Positions 44,535-56,300 of a stretch of 64,000 nt of DNA are shown piece after piece (position 1 is the first letter of the stretch; the number at the start of each line of letters is the position of its first letter). Under the pieces are notes generated by a model. It made no database searches. It saw only the letters and a program-made list of their open reading frames with translations, and was not told where the DNA came from. Where the stretch lies: the NCBI GenBank assembly GCA_964019335.1, contig OZ025730.1, forward strand, positions 1 through 64,000. Direction: 5' to 3'. Source of the DNA: Diplonema japonicum. Its lineage: Eukaryota; Protista; Euglenozoa: Diplonemea. The position numbers and the translations under genes are program-made.

Positions 44535-46895
44535 TTAGACAACTTTTTTCAGAAACTCATGAATCTCAGTGTAGCCGCGGAAATAAGCTATATCACTGGG
44601 AGTCCGCGTAGACGGGTCTGCCGAGACATGCGGGTTCTGCCAATATGTGTCGACTAGTAGCTTGACAACGTCGAAGTTGCCGTTTGCAGCAGCGTCGTAG
44701 AGCGGTGTTCCATTTCCCCTTATCGAGCCAGGATCCTGTTCGTGGACATCGATAAGGTAGCGCACGATTTCAGCGTGGCCTCCGATCGCAGCCGCGTGCA
44801 CGCAAGGTTGCGAGTAGCTCTTCTCGACCATGTTTGCAAAATACTTCACAATCTCAAGATGCCCTTTCAGAGCGGACAAATAGTAAGGGTTAATATCGTA
44901 CTTGGCCTTCATAACAGGGCTTTGTTCATAATCATTGACCAATAGTTTGACCACGTCCAAGTGGCCGTGCTGGGCTGCCTTGTGAATCGGTGCGTGACCG
45001 TATTCATCCTGCGAGTCTACCTGCTCATTGTGAATGTCAATGAGGTTCCTCACAAGGTCGATATGCCCGCCTTGCGCAGCAGCATGGAGCGCTGACGTTT
45101 TGTTCTTCCTCGCCTGGTCTCGGGGACTGGGAGGTTCATACTCGGGGCCTCTCTTCTTTTTCAAATACTCGACAACCGCCGTATGGTTATTCAGCGCAGC
45201 TTCATAAAGCGCGGTGAATCCTTTACTGTCCCTGACGGTTGGGTCCTGCCCCCGTTCAACTAAGTACTCGACTATGTCTAGATAGCCCTGTTTCGCTGCA
45301 ACATGGAGCAAAGGCACGATTTTACAGTCCATTGCTTTCAGACTGCGTTCATTTGGGATCACGAGCTTCAGGGCCTCGATGTGCCCTTTGTGCGCGGCAT
45401 GCGAAATTATTTCCCAGGTGGGGGTGTAGTTATTCTTACTTAACCTTTTAAGAAGAAGCTTGATTACCTCACAGTGTCCACCACCGACCGCCACCAGAAG
45501 AGGGGTCTCTCCATGCAACTCGGAGAGCGGGTTTATCCTGCAACCGTCGATCAGAAACTCGGTGACGTCTACGTGGCCTCTCTTTGCGGCTTCGAGAAGC
45601 AGTGTTTTAGAACTTTCCATCGTGGCGGTCTGCGTGTCGTACAAAAGCTTTACCACTTCAACATGTCCAGCAACGACTGCTGCATGAAGCGCTTTCCAGG
45701 TGTCCTCGAACTTTGCTTGTTCCGGCTGTCCGCACATACATGCGAAACGTCTCCAAGAGGTTTTTTGCTTAGATCTGCTTTTTTGGATCTGCTTCACGAT
45801 CTCAACATGCCCAGCAGCAGCGGCCGCACAGAGTGGGGTTTCTGCTTGGCTTAGGACGTTCCGACCATCGCCCGAAGCACATGGTTGTTCAGCAGCTGTG
45901 GGTGTGTCTACAAGTGTCTCCGCGGTGCCCTGTGTGTCCTGCTCCTGCTCTTTTTCCTGCTCCTTCTCCTTGAATACCGTTTTAATCTTTTGACATGACT
46001 CGCTTATAGAAGAATCTGCAGTTTGCAAACATGTGCTTAAATCAAGGTCGTGATGATCTTGAGTAGAGTCAGATCTATCAGACTCCGTGTCGGTGCGGCT
46101 GACTGGGGTACAAGGGGCCACCTGAGGCAGGGCTTCCAGTACTTCTGCAGCAGTTAGGCGTTCGACAGGGTCGGCGCTGACAAGGCGCAGGAGTATTTCA
46201 TCCAGTGGTGCACTGAGGGCTTTGGGAAGGAGGTTTGTCGTCACAAGGTGGTATTTCTCCCTTAGGTACTTCCCCAAGTTGTTCCTCAACTCACTCTGCA
46301 GCACAGAGTAGCACACGGTCACACCGAGGGACCACATGTCCACCTTGCTGGTGTAGGATCCCCCGTCACACTCAGGCGCGGTGAAGAATGTACTCTCGAC
46401 AGCTTCCTCTGGCAATCTCAGAGAAAGGAAGAAGTTTGCCCCATCGGTCTGATCTCCAGCAAGCATGATGCTCTTGGGTTGTACATTCCCGTGAATGTAG
46501 CCCTCCTCGTTCGCGTATTGAAGCGCTGATGACATTTCCTTGAGGAGCTGTGTTGCCTGCCCTTGAGGTAAAGGACCGCGCTTTTGTATGTGCGAATGTA
46601 AGCTACCCTTTTTGTAGTAAGGCGTCACAATGTGTAGTTGCCACTCTGTTACATCAGGTGCGAGCTGCACTGTGGTCGTGAAATAGTCGAGACATGAAAC
46701 AATGTTCTTGTGCTTCAGCTTCAGCATGCGCTCCAGGCTTTTCAGCTGTTTGTCATGGTCTTCCTTGGTCAGTGCTGTCAGCAGCCAAATCGCAAACCGT
46801 TTTCTATCCAGTGTCCTCTCCGCTTTGTACATTCCCTCTCCGAGCTGTCCAGTTCGCTCGTACTTTTGAACATCCGAGTATTTCATTTCTGTCAT
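44535..46895 (-). CDS. Degenerate protein kinase domain plus ankyrin repeats
   Basis: ATG at 46895. LKHKNIV, YIHGNVQPKSIML, TAPE, KVDMWSLGV, RLTAAEVL; about 12 ankyrin repeats. Confidence 0.8.
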   Translation of the reverse strand: MTEMKYSDVQKYERTGQLGEGMYKAERTLDRKRFAIWLLTALTKEDHDKQLKSLERMLKLKHKNIVSCLDYFTTTVQLAPDVTEWQLHIVTPYYKKGSLHSHIQKRGPLPQGQATQLLKEMSSALQYANEEGYIHGNVQPKSIMLAGDQTDGANFFLSLRLPEEAVESTFFTAPECDGGSYTSKVDMWSLGVTVCYSVLQSELRNNLGKYLREKYHLVTTNLLPKALSAPLDEILLRLVSADPVERLTAAEVLEALPQVAPCTPVSRTDTESDRSDSTQDHHDLDLSTCLQTADSSISESCQKIKTVFKEKEQEKEQEQDTQGTAETLVDTPTAAEQPCASGDGRNVLSQAETPLCAAAAAGHVEIVKQIQKSRSKQKTSWRRFACMCGQPEQAKFEDTWKALHAAVVAGHVEVVKLLYDTQTATMESSKTLLLEAAKRGHVDVTEFLIDGCRINPLSELHGETPLLVAVGGGHCEVIKLLLKRLSKNNYTPTWEIISHAAHKGHIEALKLVIPNERSLKAMDCKIVPLLHVAAKQGYLDIVEYLVERGQDPTVRDSKGFTALYEAALNNHTAVVEYLKKKRGPEYEPPSPRDQARKNKTSALHAAAQGGHIDLVRNLIDIHNEQVDSQDEYGHAPIHKAAQHGHLDVVKLLVNDYEQSPVMKAKYDINPYYLSALKGHLEIVKYFANMVEKSYSQPCVHAAAIGGHAEIVRYLIDVHEQDPGSIRGNGTPLYDAAANGNFDVVKLLVDTYWQNPHVSADPSTRTPSDIAYFRGYTEIHEFLKKVV

Positions 46896-47543
46896 TGTGT
46901 AATGTGTTCTTTTTTTTTTTTCTCTTCCCTTCTTGAATTTTCGTTCTGCTTTTAGAATTTGGTTGTTCATAATAATAAAAGGAGAAAACGGGGAGGGGGG
47001 TAGGCTATGTGGGAAGGGGATGAAATTTTTACTGCATCCCCTCTTTTTTCTTTTTGGACAAAAAAAAAATATAACACGTTTTGGATTTTCTTTTTGATTT
47101 TTTTTCCCCCCTCCCCCCCTCCCAATCATTTTTTTTTACTGTTTTTTTTTCTTTTTTATTTTATCTGGAGTATCGGAAGAAAGAAGAAAAGGAAGAGAGG
47201 AAAAAAAAAGAAAGTAGCTGTCGGCAAAGGGATACAGGGGGAAGGAGGGACAGGGAAAAAAAAGAGGGGGGCATAAGAAAATAGAACACCAGACAATGTA
47301 AGGCAAATCCCACTTGTTTTCTCCTGACCCTTTTCTGGCCTCGCTTTCGTTCCGGAAAGAAAAAAAAGAAGAAAAAAAAGGTGTTTTACATAAATCATGG
47401 GTACCTATTTTTATTTCCTTTTCTTTTTTCCCTCATTACCACCCTCTCTCCCAACTTTTGACGGTGTCCAAAAAAAGAAAAAAAAAAAAAAAAAAAAAAA
47501 ACAGGGTACACACTTTTTTTTTTTCCAATCTTTTTTCTTTTTT

Positions 47544-49388
47544 TTACATCCTGAAAAGCCCGAACTTGGTGGGCTTCACCTTCGGTGCCTCGTTGGCAGC
47601 CACGTTAAATGCCATACCGAGTGTGCGCCTCGTGTCCTATGAAGGTGGTCTCATTGAAGAAGAAAAAAAAAAAAAAAAGAAAAAAAAAATACCTTGGGGT
47701 CAATCACACCATCGTCCCACAATCGGGCACTGGAGTAGTAGCACGATCCCTCATAGTTATATTTGTCCTATGCAAAAAAAAAAAACTTTTTTTTCCCTCC
47801 CCATCCTATTTCAAAAAATACCTTGATAGCCTGCATTTGCTCCTCGGAAAGGTTCCCGACCTGCCCCAAAACAGAAGCAGCTTGGTTGCCACCCATCACG
47901 CTAATCCGCGCGTTGGGCCACGTGAACAGGAATCGGGGGTCGTAAGCCCTATTGGAAAAAAAAAGAAAAAAAAAATTTTTTTAAAGTTGTTAGCACAACA
48001 ATATAAATTATGTTTCCATACCTCCCACACATCCCGTAGTTCCCGGCTCCGTAACTACCGCCGATGATAAGCGTGATCTTTGGGACTGAGGTTGAGGCTA
48101 CTGCGGTGACCATCTTGGCGCCGTCCTTTGCGATACCCTCGTTCTCGTACTTCTTGCCGACCATGAACCCGGTGATGTTCTGGATGAAGAGGAGGGGAAT
48201 ACCCCTCTGAGAACACAACTCGATGAAATGCGCTGCCTTCAGCGACGACTCACGGAAGAGCACACCGTTGTTCGCGATGATCCCTATCTTGCGACCGTAC
48301 AACGACGCGAACCCGCACACAATGGTGTCCCCATACAGCTTCTTGAACTCGTCGAACTCGGAACCATCGACAATACGCGCGATGATCTGCCTGATGTCAA
48401 ACGGCGTAACCATCTCAGCAGTCATGTCAGGCAAGAACCCACCAAGTTCATTCGCGCTGTGCACCGGTTCGGAAACAACAGGCATCGGTTCCTCAGGCTT
48501 AATGTTCAGGTTCGACACCACACGCCTAGCAAGGTACAGAGCATGCGTGTCATCGGTAGCATAATGGTCTGTCACGCCAGAATTTCTGCAATGAACATCG
48601 GCACCGCCGAGTTCTTCTTCTGTCACGACTTCGCCGGTTGCCGCTTTCACAAGAGGAGGTCCACCAAGGAAGATCGTCCCAGTTTTTCTAACAATGATCG
48701 ACTCATCGGACATAGCAGGAACATACGCACCGCCAGCCGTGCAGGAACCCATCACAACAGCGATTTGTGTGATGCCCTTTGAGGACATTTGGGACTGGTT
48801 GTAGAAAATCCTCCCGAAATGCTGTTCGTCAGGGAACACCTCTGCTTGGTGTTTAAGCATCGCACCTCCTGAGTCGACCAGGTAGATACACGGGAGGTTG
48901 TTCTGTTCAGCGATCTTCTGCGCCCTAAGATGCTTCTTCACAGTGATGGGGTAGTAGGTCCCGCCTTTGACAGTGGCGTCGTTGGCTACAATCATGCATT
49001 TAACACCTTCGACCATCCCGATCCCGGTGATGATGCTGCCAGCTGGAGGGGAGTCGCCCTCGTACATATCATAGCCAGCGAGTTGGGAGAGCTCGAGGAA
49101 TGGTGTGTTTGGGTCAATGAGACCGTCGATTCTCTCTCTTGCTAGGAGTTTGCCCCTTTTTTTGTGTTTTGCGATGCTTTTCTCGCCGCCGCCGAGTCGG
49201 ATCTTTCCGATCACCTCGTTGAGCTCCTTCACCTGCTGGTCCATCCTGGCCACGCCCTCCACGAACTTCTCGTCGCTCGTGTCCACCGGAAGGTTCAAAA
49301 CGTTCGCGCCGGCCCTCTCAGCCTCGCTTGGATGGAACGCTCTCGCCCCCCTCCTCAGCGCACTCCTTCCGAGCATTCTTGACAGCAT
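47544..49388 (-). CDS. MCCC2: 3-methylcrotonyl-CoA carboxylase beta subunit, mitochondrial, 4 exons (553 aa)
   Basis: Presequence [13 protein letters not shown]; [44 protein letters not shown]. Introns 47949-48021, 47768-47821 and 47637-47692 restore [24 protein letters not shown] and FGLFRM*. Confidence 0.95.
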
Positions 49389-49563
49389 TTTCTTTTTTTC
49401 TTTTTGCCCCCCTCGCTTTTTTTTTTTTTTCTTTTTCTTTTTTTAAATACAGCAACATATTATGAAATGAATTTAAATCTAAGAAAGAGGGGAGGAGTAT
49501 CTAAACGTCATCAGGGGCTTTTTTTTTATTGTTGTTTTTTTTTGGGGGGGGAGTAATTTCTTT

Positions 49564-49772
49564 TTAGCGACCAAAAGAATTTTTTCCCGTCCGTTCATAG
49601 ATACCAAAAACCTTTTTATGCGTTATTTCTATGAACGAGAAATAAAAAAGAAAAAGAGGTTTTAAAAATATAACAAAATACTTTTTTGGAGGGGTTAGAG
49701 ACCAAAAACTGTTTCCGTCTGTTCATAAAGACGAAAGAAAAAAAGAATTTCTCGATTTTTTGTTTTTGGTCT
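49564..49772. repeat. Imperfect direct and inverted repeats in an intergenic spacer
   Basis: ttagcgaccaaaa..ccgtccgttcatag (from 49564) versus ttagagaccaaaa..ccgtctgttcataa (from 49695). 10-bp inverted repeats at 49592-49601/49628-49637 and at about 49699-49708/49763-49772. Confidence 0.5.
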
Positions 49773-50357
49773 AAAATAACTCGGAAAATCCATTCTCCTT
49801 AATCTCTCCAAAACCCTAAGGGAGATTGGAAGGGAGGGGGGGGGGGGGGGGGCTTAGATACGTACGTATTTTGGTGGAAAATCCTTTTTTTTTTTTTTTT
49901 TCTTGCGTGCTCCCTGCCTTACAGGATGGAAACGGTGATATAAAGAAATGAGAAGTGCCCGAAGGTGGAAGGGGGAAATAAAAAAAGACTGTGTGCTGAT
50001 GGTATTCTTCTTCTTCTTCTGTGTGTGAAGTAGAGAGTACAGGAGAAAAAAGGCAAAAAGAAATAAAAAAAAGGGGGTCAAGCCAGAATCGACTTGAAAC
50101 AAATGCTTTGTTCCACGATGGAACCCACACGGTAAATGCATTTTTTTTGCACGTCAAGAGAAAAGGGTGAAAAGAAACCACGGTGGGTGTTCCTTTTTGC
50201 GCGAAAGTTCTTTTTTTTTTTTCTTTTTTTTTTTTCCTTTTTCTTTTCTTGAAGAACTTTGAGATACTGAAAGTAAAACTGAAACAAAAAAAAAAAAAAA
50301 AAAAACTAAGTTGAGAGGTACAAGGTGTAACAAACAAAACAAAAAGGATTTTGTGGC

Positions 50358-53300
50358 TCACGACTTCCGCCGCTTAGCAACACGATCGTTGAACAGCCAC
50401 GTGGTGTGGACTGCCGACAGCGCCGACGCAAGGAGGCTGGTCACAGACAGCACCGCAATGACAAGGTAGTACATCCTCCTGAAATACATCAGCAAAGGGC
50501 TCCACCGCGCCACAAAGTTCAAATGCCACAACCGACGTTTTTTCACAGCAGCTTCCCCATCGCAGTCGACAGAGTACACCGTCTCTGAGTCGTTCGCCTT
50601 GTCGACGATGACAAAGGCCTCGGTGATGGTGCAGGGCACCTTCCCACTCCGCGACCCGAAACCAAGAGGCGACATCGCTGCTTTACAATGAGGACAGTTT
50701 TTCTCATGCAATCGCACCCCAGCCATCCTGCATTCCGTGCAAGTGTGCACCTTAATCCTCTCGTCAGTGTCCCCATTGTACAATGACGTCTGCAAGTGAT
50801 GAATCTTACCAACCCCTCCTTGCACAGATATAACAAACTGTACCATTGCAATGTACGTGTCGGTTAGAAGAGAAAACGCTGTTCCAAGCAAAAACATGTA
50901 CCCAATAAGGTCTCTGATCGCCTCCCAAACACCCGTTTTGCCGTACACAAAAATAGTGATGATCGCAACCAGGATCAAGAATGGTACCGCCGCCAAACGT
51001 ATAAGCCGTATGATCCCCGATAGATACCCTTCGTTGGGGAAGATGTAAATGCTTGCATTGACGACCTCCCACAGGAAGATGTCCAGAACAAGGAGAAGGA
51101 GGATATCAGGGCGGAGGGTGTGCATTGGAATGTCGTCGATCGAAGTGCTGACATTCCCCGTAACAGGGTCGTGTGTTATTTCAACAGGTCCTGTGCCTCT
51201 TGGGACAACAAGTGTGAAGTACACAACGGCTGCCCACGGGAGGTATTTCACAATGATGAAAACGAATTCCTTGAACAGAACCGAGAGGGAAGATACGACC
51301 GACCCGCTGGCGCTCAGCGCTTTGCTGTTGAGATACTCGAACCACTCAAAAATCCAAAACACCAACAGCGATTTTTTTGAACCGCCCCCGTGAGTCGCGT
51401 GAGCGGCGAACGCCGCTGTATCGATGGATATCGATGATTTGCAGAATTTCACTGGGACCGGTTGGTGCATCCATTCAAGCGCTGCTTTTGCTTCACCCCA
51501 TGTCAGCGTGAACGAAGGCTTCGGGTTGTACAAAGCAGGCCCTGCGAGATACGAGACAGCGGATACAATTACAATCCACAAACGGACGAAACCGCTGTTG
51601 TTCTCGCATTGGTTGCACCCGTTAGAGCCCCACCAGAAGACAACGATACACGCGATGAGTTTGAAGCCGGGTATAAAATTTGTCCAGGTGTGGTGGATGA
51701 AGAACTCGATGAAGCTGTTGGGTTGGTTGCCCATTCCCCGCCCTGTACCGAGATACTTTGCTGTACCAGTGTGCATCGTCATACCGAAGAACGACGCGGT
51801 TATCCTATTCTGATGCGAGAAGAACGGCACGCTCATGATGAAATCCGACAGCTTCAGATACGAGCGTTCCAGGTTCATCTCGACCAGCATGGGGACGATG
51901 TAAAACATCCCGATTTGAAAAAGCCACGGGTCGGACAGCGGTGACTGGTTCAGACGCAAAACCTGCGGTGTAATGTCCGCAAGAGAGAAGAACATCAACG
52001 CGTAAGTAAACGCGAAAATCGTCAAATCCATCAGAAAAATGTTCATAAAGTGCGCGATCGACCCATAAAACAGCGCCCACTTCGCGTTCAAGCTTAGAAT
52101 CTTCGTGTACAGGTTGTGGACGTCTCTGCTCGACAGCTGCATGACACACCCGGCACTGAGCTTTTTTAGAAACACTGATGCGTTGTTGAAATCCACCTCC
52201 CTTCCTTTCCCGAAGCTCAGGTTTTCTATCATGCATATCCTCCTCCCGTTCTGCGCCATCTCGTACCCTAGAAAGATATCTTCGTTCACGTTAACGCTCA
52301 ACGACGCCCTGCTCACACCGCCCGTTTGCTTCATCAAGTGCGCGTTTACCATATCAGGGTGTCCGTAGTGCATTCGAACCTCATGGGGAGACGCCAGGAA
52401 TCGTTGGATCAACGTTACAAACGAAAACTCCGCGAGAGCCATGTAACGGCCTACTGCGGAGTGGCTCTGAGTGAAAATGTGCTCTCGGAAGCCCATGACC
52501 TGGTAAGTGTCCTTGTGTTGGCTTTTATACCCTTCCTCGATGTTGCTTCTGTTGAAGTCATTCCACAGATTCGTGATGAACGGCAGCTTGATCCCCTCCG
52601 AGTAGTACCCGTCTTGGTTCATGTCCAGGATGTTGAGGACCTCGCCCCTTGCACATGTGATCATGTTGTTTTGGTTCTCCGCTTTTCCCTCCCCGAGTTT
52701 CAGCGGGGCCTGCCTGTCGAACACTGTCAAGCTGAACTGTTCCATCGGGTGCGGGTCGCCGTTGCCGCATCTCACCACCGATAATGGTTTTTTACATTTC
52801 TCACATGTGCCGCGCTTTGCAATTTCAGCTGGCTCTCCATATGAATTCAAGAAGTTCGTTCTATTGACAGGCGCGGCTTTCCTTGCTATGTGCACCGACC
52901 TGAATGAGGTGCCGGCCGTGAAGTCTGTTGCAAGCTCCAAGTGTCGGAACCTGTCCATCCTCAAGAGCTCGTTGGTGGGGTTGCGAACCTCGTCCTTCGC
53001 AAAGTACACCTGTGCGCCGAAGCATAACTGTATTTTTGTGGAAACGAGCACTTCTGCTTTTTCACGTAGAGCGTTTGCTTCAGCAGAGATCGCGATGGCC
53101 GACTCGATCTGGCTCGCTAGCGTGTTAAGCATTTTACCTTCCGTTACGTTTTTGGCCTCCGAACCCTGTGCGTCGTCAATATTCTTGCAAAAGTCCTTCC
53201 GCAGCTCGACGGCGGACAGAAGCTTCTCCCACCCCGTGCTGCAGTGCTTCCATCCACTGTCACTCCCGAACAATCTTGCACCATCGATGTTGTAGTACAG

Positions 53301-56300
53301 CAGCGCGTGACACACGTACCGCTTGTAGGACACCCCGTTGATGGTTGTGAATGATGCCTTGACGCTCTCGCCCCACTCCTTCGACAGCAGGCTGTTGGTG
53401 GCAACCCACCCAAGCACCTCTGTGACAGTAGACCGTTCTGTGGGGCGCAGCTCGTCTGTGACCCACCTGCACCCCTGTGCAGACTTCATTTCGTAGTACG
53501 CCAAATCAACAACAGCTTCTCTCATGTCGCACAACCCGTACACATTGCGAGCAAGAGTCTGGCCCCTCATCGATGCCCACAGCCTGACCTGCCTCTCGAT
53601 CCAATACTGCACCCTTTTCTCATATGTAGCATGCGTGCTCGCCGTGTTTGACGCCCTGATGTCTTCCAGCTGACTAAGCGGTGGGCCGTCGTACCTCCAC
53701 GTGTACTCTCCCCACTTCTTGCTCCCCGCAATGCACCCGTCTTCATACTCCTTTCTGAGTTTTCCCCACAAAGTGTGTAGCTGCCCTTGCTTGGCGGATG
53801 CCAGCACTTTCTCTGCATCTTTCAAGCCGAAGAAGTTCCGCTCAACGAAGGCCTCCCACTCCTCGCGCCATATGTCGACCATGTGCTGCAAGATCTCGTT
53901 CTGGACGAGATCCTTCATCGTGTAGAGCACTGTCTCCGCGTAGTACGGTACGAAGAAGGTAAGCGACTTCATGGCAAAAACACTGACCTTCTTCTGGAGC
54001 AGGGTGAGGATGTATGCTTGGTCTTGAGCCATGTTCTGCGTGGGGAACATGGCCTTGAGCCCCGCACCACCGTTGAAAAACTGCAAGAAGTGGATGAGAG
54101 CTTCTTCTGGTGGTGCGGACTCGAAACTCCAACGGCAGTACGCGTCACACTGGGACTTGTTGATGAGGTCCCTTTCCCAGAGGTGGACGAAGATGCCACG
54201 GTACATGCACAGCTGGTGGTAGACGAAGAGGTGTTTGGGGAGATTCCCCACGTGCTTCACACCATTTACCACCTTCGAGACCGTAACCTCGAGAAATGCA
54301 TCATCGGTGAGTGCAATGCGGTGGTGCATGCGGGTTGTGCCTACCGCAACCACCGTCTCTCTCGTTTGCCTCTCGTCTATAACCTTGAAGACGAGGTACT
54401 TGATGTTTGCTTCGCCAAAATACACGTCACGATAGAACTGCGGATTGCTCCCAGAAGCAGTGTGAGTGCATATCTGATTCTCCTCTTGTTCTTGAGGGTG
54501 CACCTCCACCCGTGCACTCCCTTTCACATTAACGCATTTTTCAATCCTCACAAACACTCCCGTCTGCTGTATCTGTGGCATGAAGCTCCCGTAGATAGAC
54601 AGATCCGGCACCACCTGTGCACTGTTCGAGTCGTGTTCCAAAGGCGACGGCTTGCTGCTCTTTTTCACCATCGCCTCCATGAGGGCCTGCACGTCAGACC
54701 ACTGTTTCACAGTGCCGAGCTTTTTCTTGAAGCCAACAATATACCCGCAGACGATGCTGAGCAACATGTACGAGACGTGAGCTAGCAGCGTCAAGCTGAT
54801 GAAGGTGGTGATGAAGATGAGCACCAGCGAGACGAAGCATACGACATCCTTACCATCGGCAGTGCAGTGGCTCTCCGAGGTGATGAAGTTCGACAGTACA
54901 GGTAGATCTACCTCGGTGCATCTGCAGACGCTAAGGGTGAGGGTTGCAACAGAGGGAACGATGATGAACCAGGCAACGCTTGCCTGCATGAGCAACATAG
55001 CAAAGAGGGTGCAGGCCCTCCACGAGAGGAACCTGGTAGGATGTTTCAGGGATATCCTGAACTGCAGGTTGCCCAAGGGGCGTATGATCAACTGCGACAC
55101 CCACATGAACGCGATGTACCCTGTTACAACATCCGCCTGCAGGAAATCGTTCCCTTTGGTGTCGGGGTAGAACTTCACAATACCGAAAAACAGGGAACAC
55201 CCCAGCTCGACGAGAGAGAGGAGGGAAAAGCGGATGTGATGCTTGGGCAGGGGGAACATCCAGAGATCGATCAAACGGTTCATGATGCAGATGATAGATT
55301 CGACAGACGCCAGAAGCCACCAGGTGAGGCCCCATTTGAAGTTCATCTGTACAGCTAGCATCCCGTAAAAGAGTGTAAGGTGTGCATGCACCGTGAACGT
55401 GAAAAGCCTGACAGGTACCACCCAAGATAGCCTTTCAGGGAATGTTTTCTGCAAAGCATCACCGTTCTTCACGATGCCACTCATGCTGTACATGGTGTAC
55501 GTTCTACCCATGCTACGTGTGTCGTTGATAGGGTGCCACTGAGTCACTCCGCCGTACTTAGCTTTGTACATCTGGTGGTAGATCTCGTCGACATCTGCGT
55601 AGTTCACAGTGTCGCTCTTCACAAGCTCCAAGTGGTGCTGGCACATATTCACCACATCCCTTACGCAATCCAGCACCATGGTAGGGTCTCTGTCTTCTGT
55701 GGAGCGCAGGATCCAGTCATACAGCATCACCTTGAGCCACTTCGATTGCCTCAGGTTGTCGACTCTCTGTTGAATGATCAGGAACAGCACCGGCCGCATT
55801 ACAAGACCGAACTCTCCCTTCCAAACCCGGGACCCAAACTCTTTCATGTCGTCCGCTGCACTTGCCTTTGGGCTGAACCCTAAGCACTCTGGGGGTAAGA
55901 TGTCGTCGTGCACCGTTTTCACAGCATCGATGATTATTTCACGTGGCAGATCACCCGCCACGAAGTCGTTGCCCTCCAAGGTGAGATAGTCCCGTTGCTC
56001 TTCGGAGTGCATCTTGTCCTTGTCCTTCTCTTTGTGATGCGTGAAACACCTCCTCAGCACGGCCTGTCCCACAGCGTGCACATACGCCTCATACGCAAGG
56101 TTCACATTATATCTTGGTCGTTTTGCGATGTCCTCTTTTGAAGGAGGTTTCGTTTCTGAATTCTCCAAAACGGCTTTCGCGATGCTCGGTGTCAGTTTCA
56201 CGCTCCTCTTGATGACGCCGTCCTTGTCGGGGAAGGACAGCTCCGCCGCCGCCTTAATATCGCTCACGGACACCTTCAGGTTCTCCACTACTGCCTTGAG

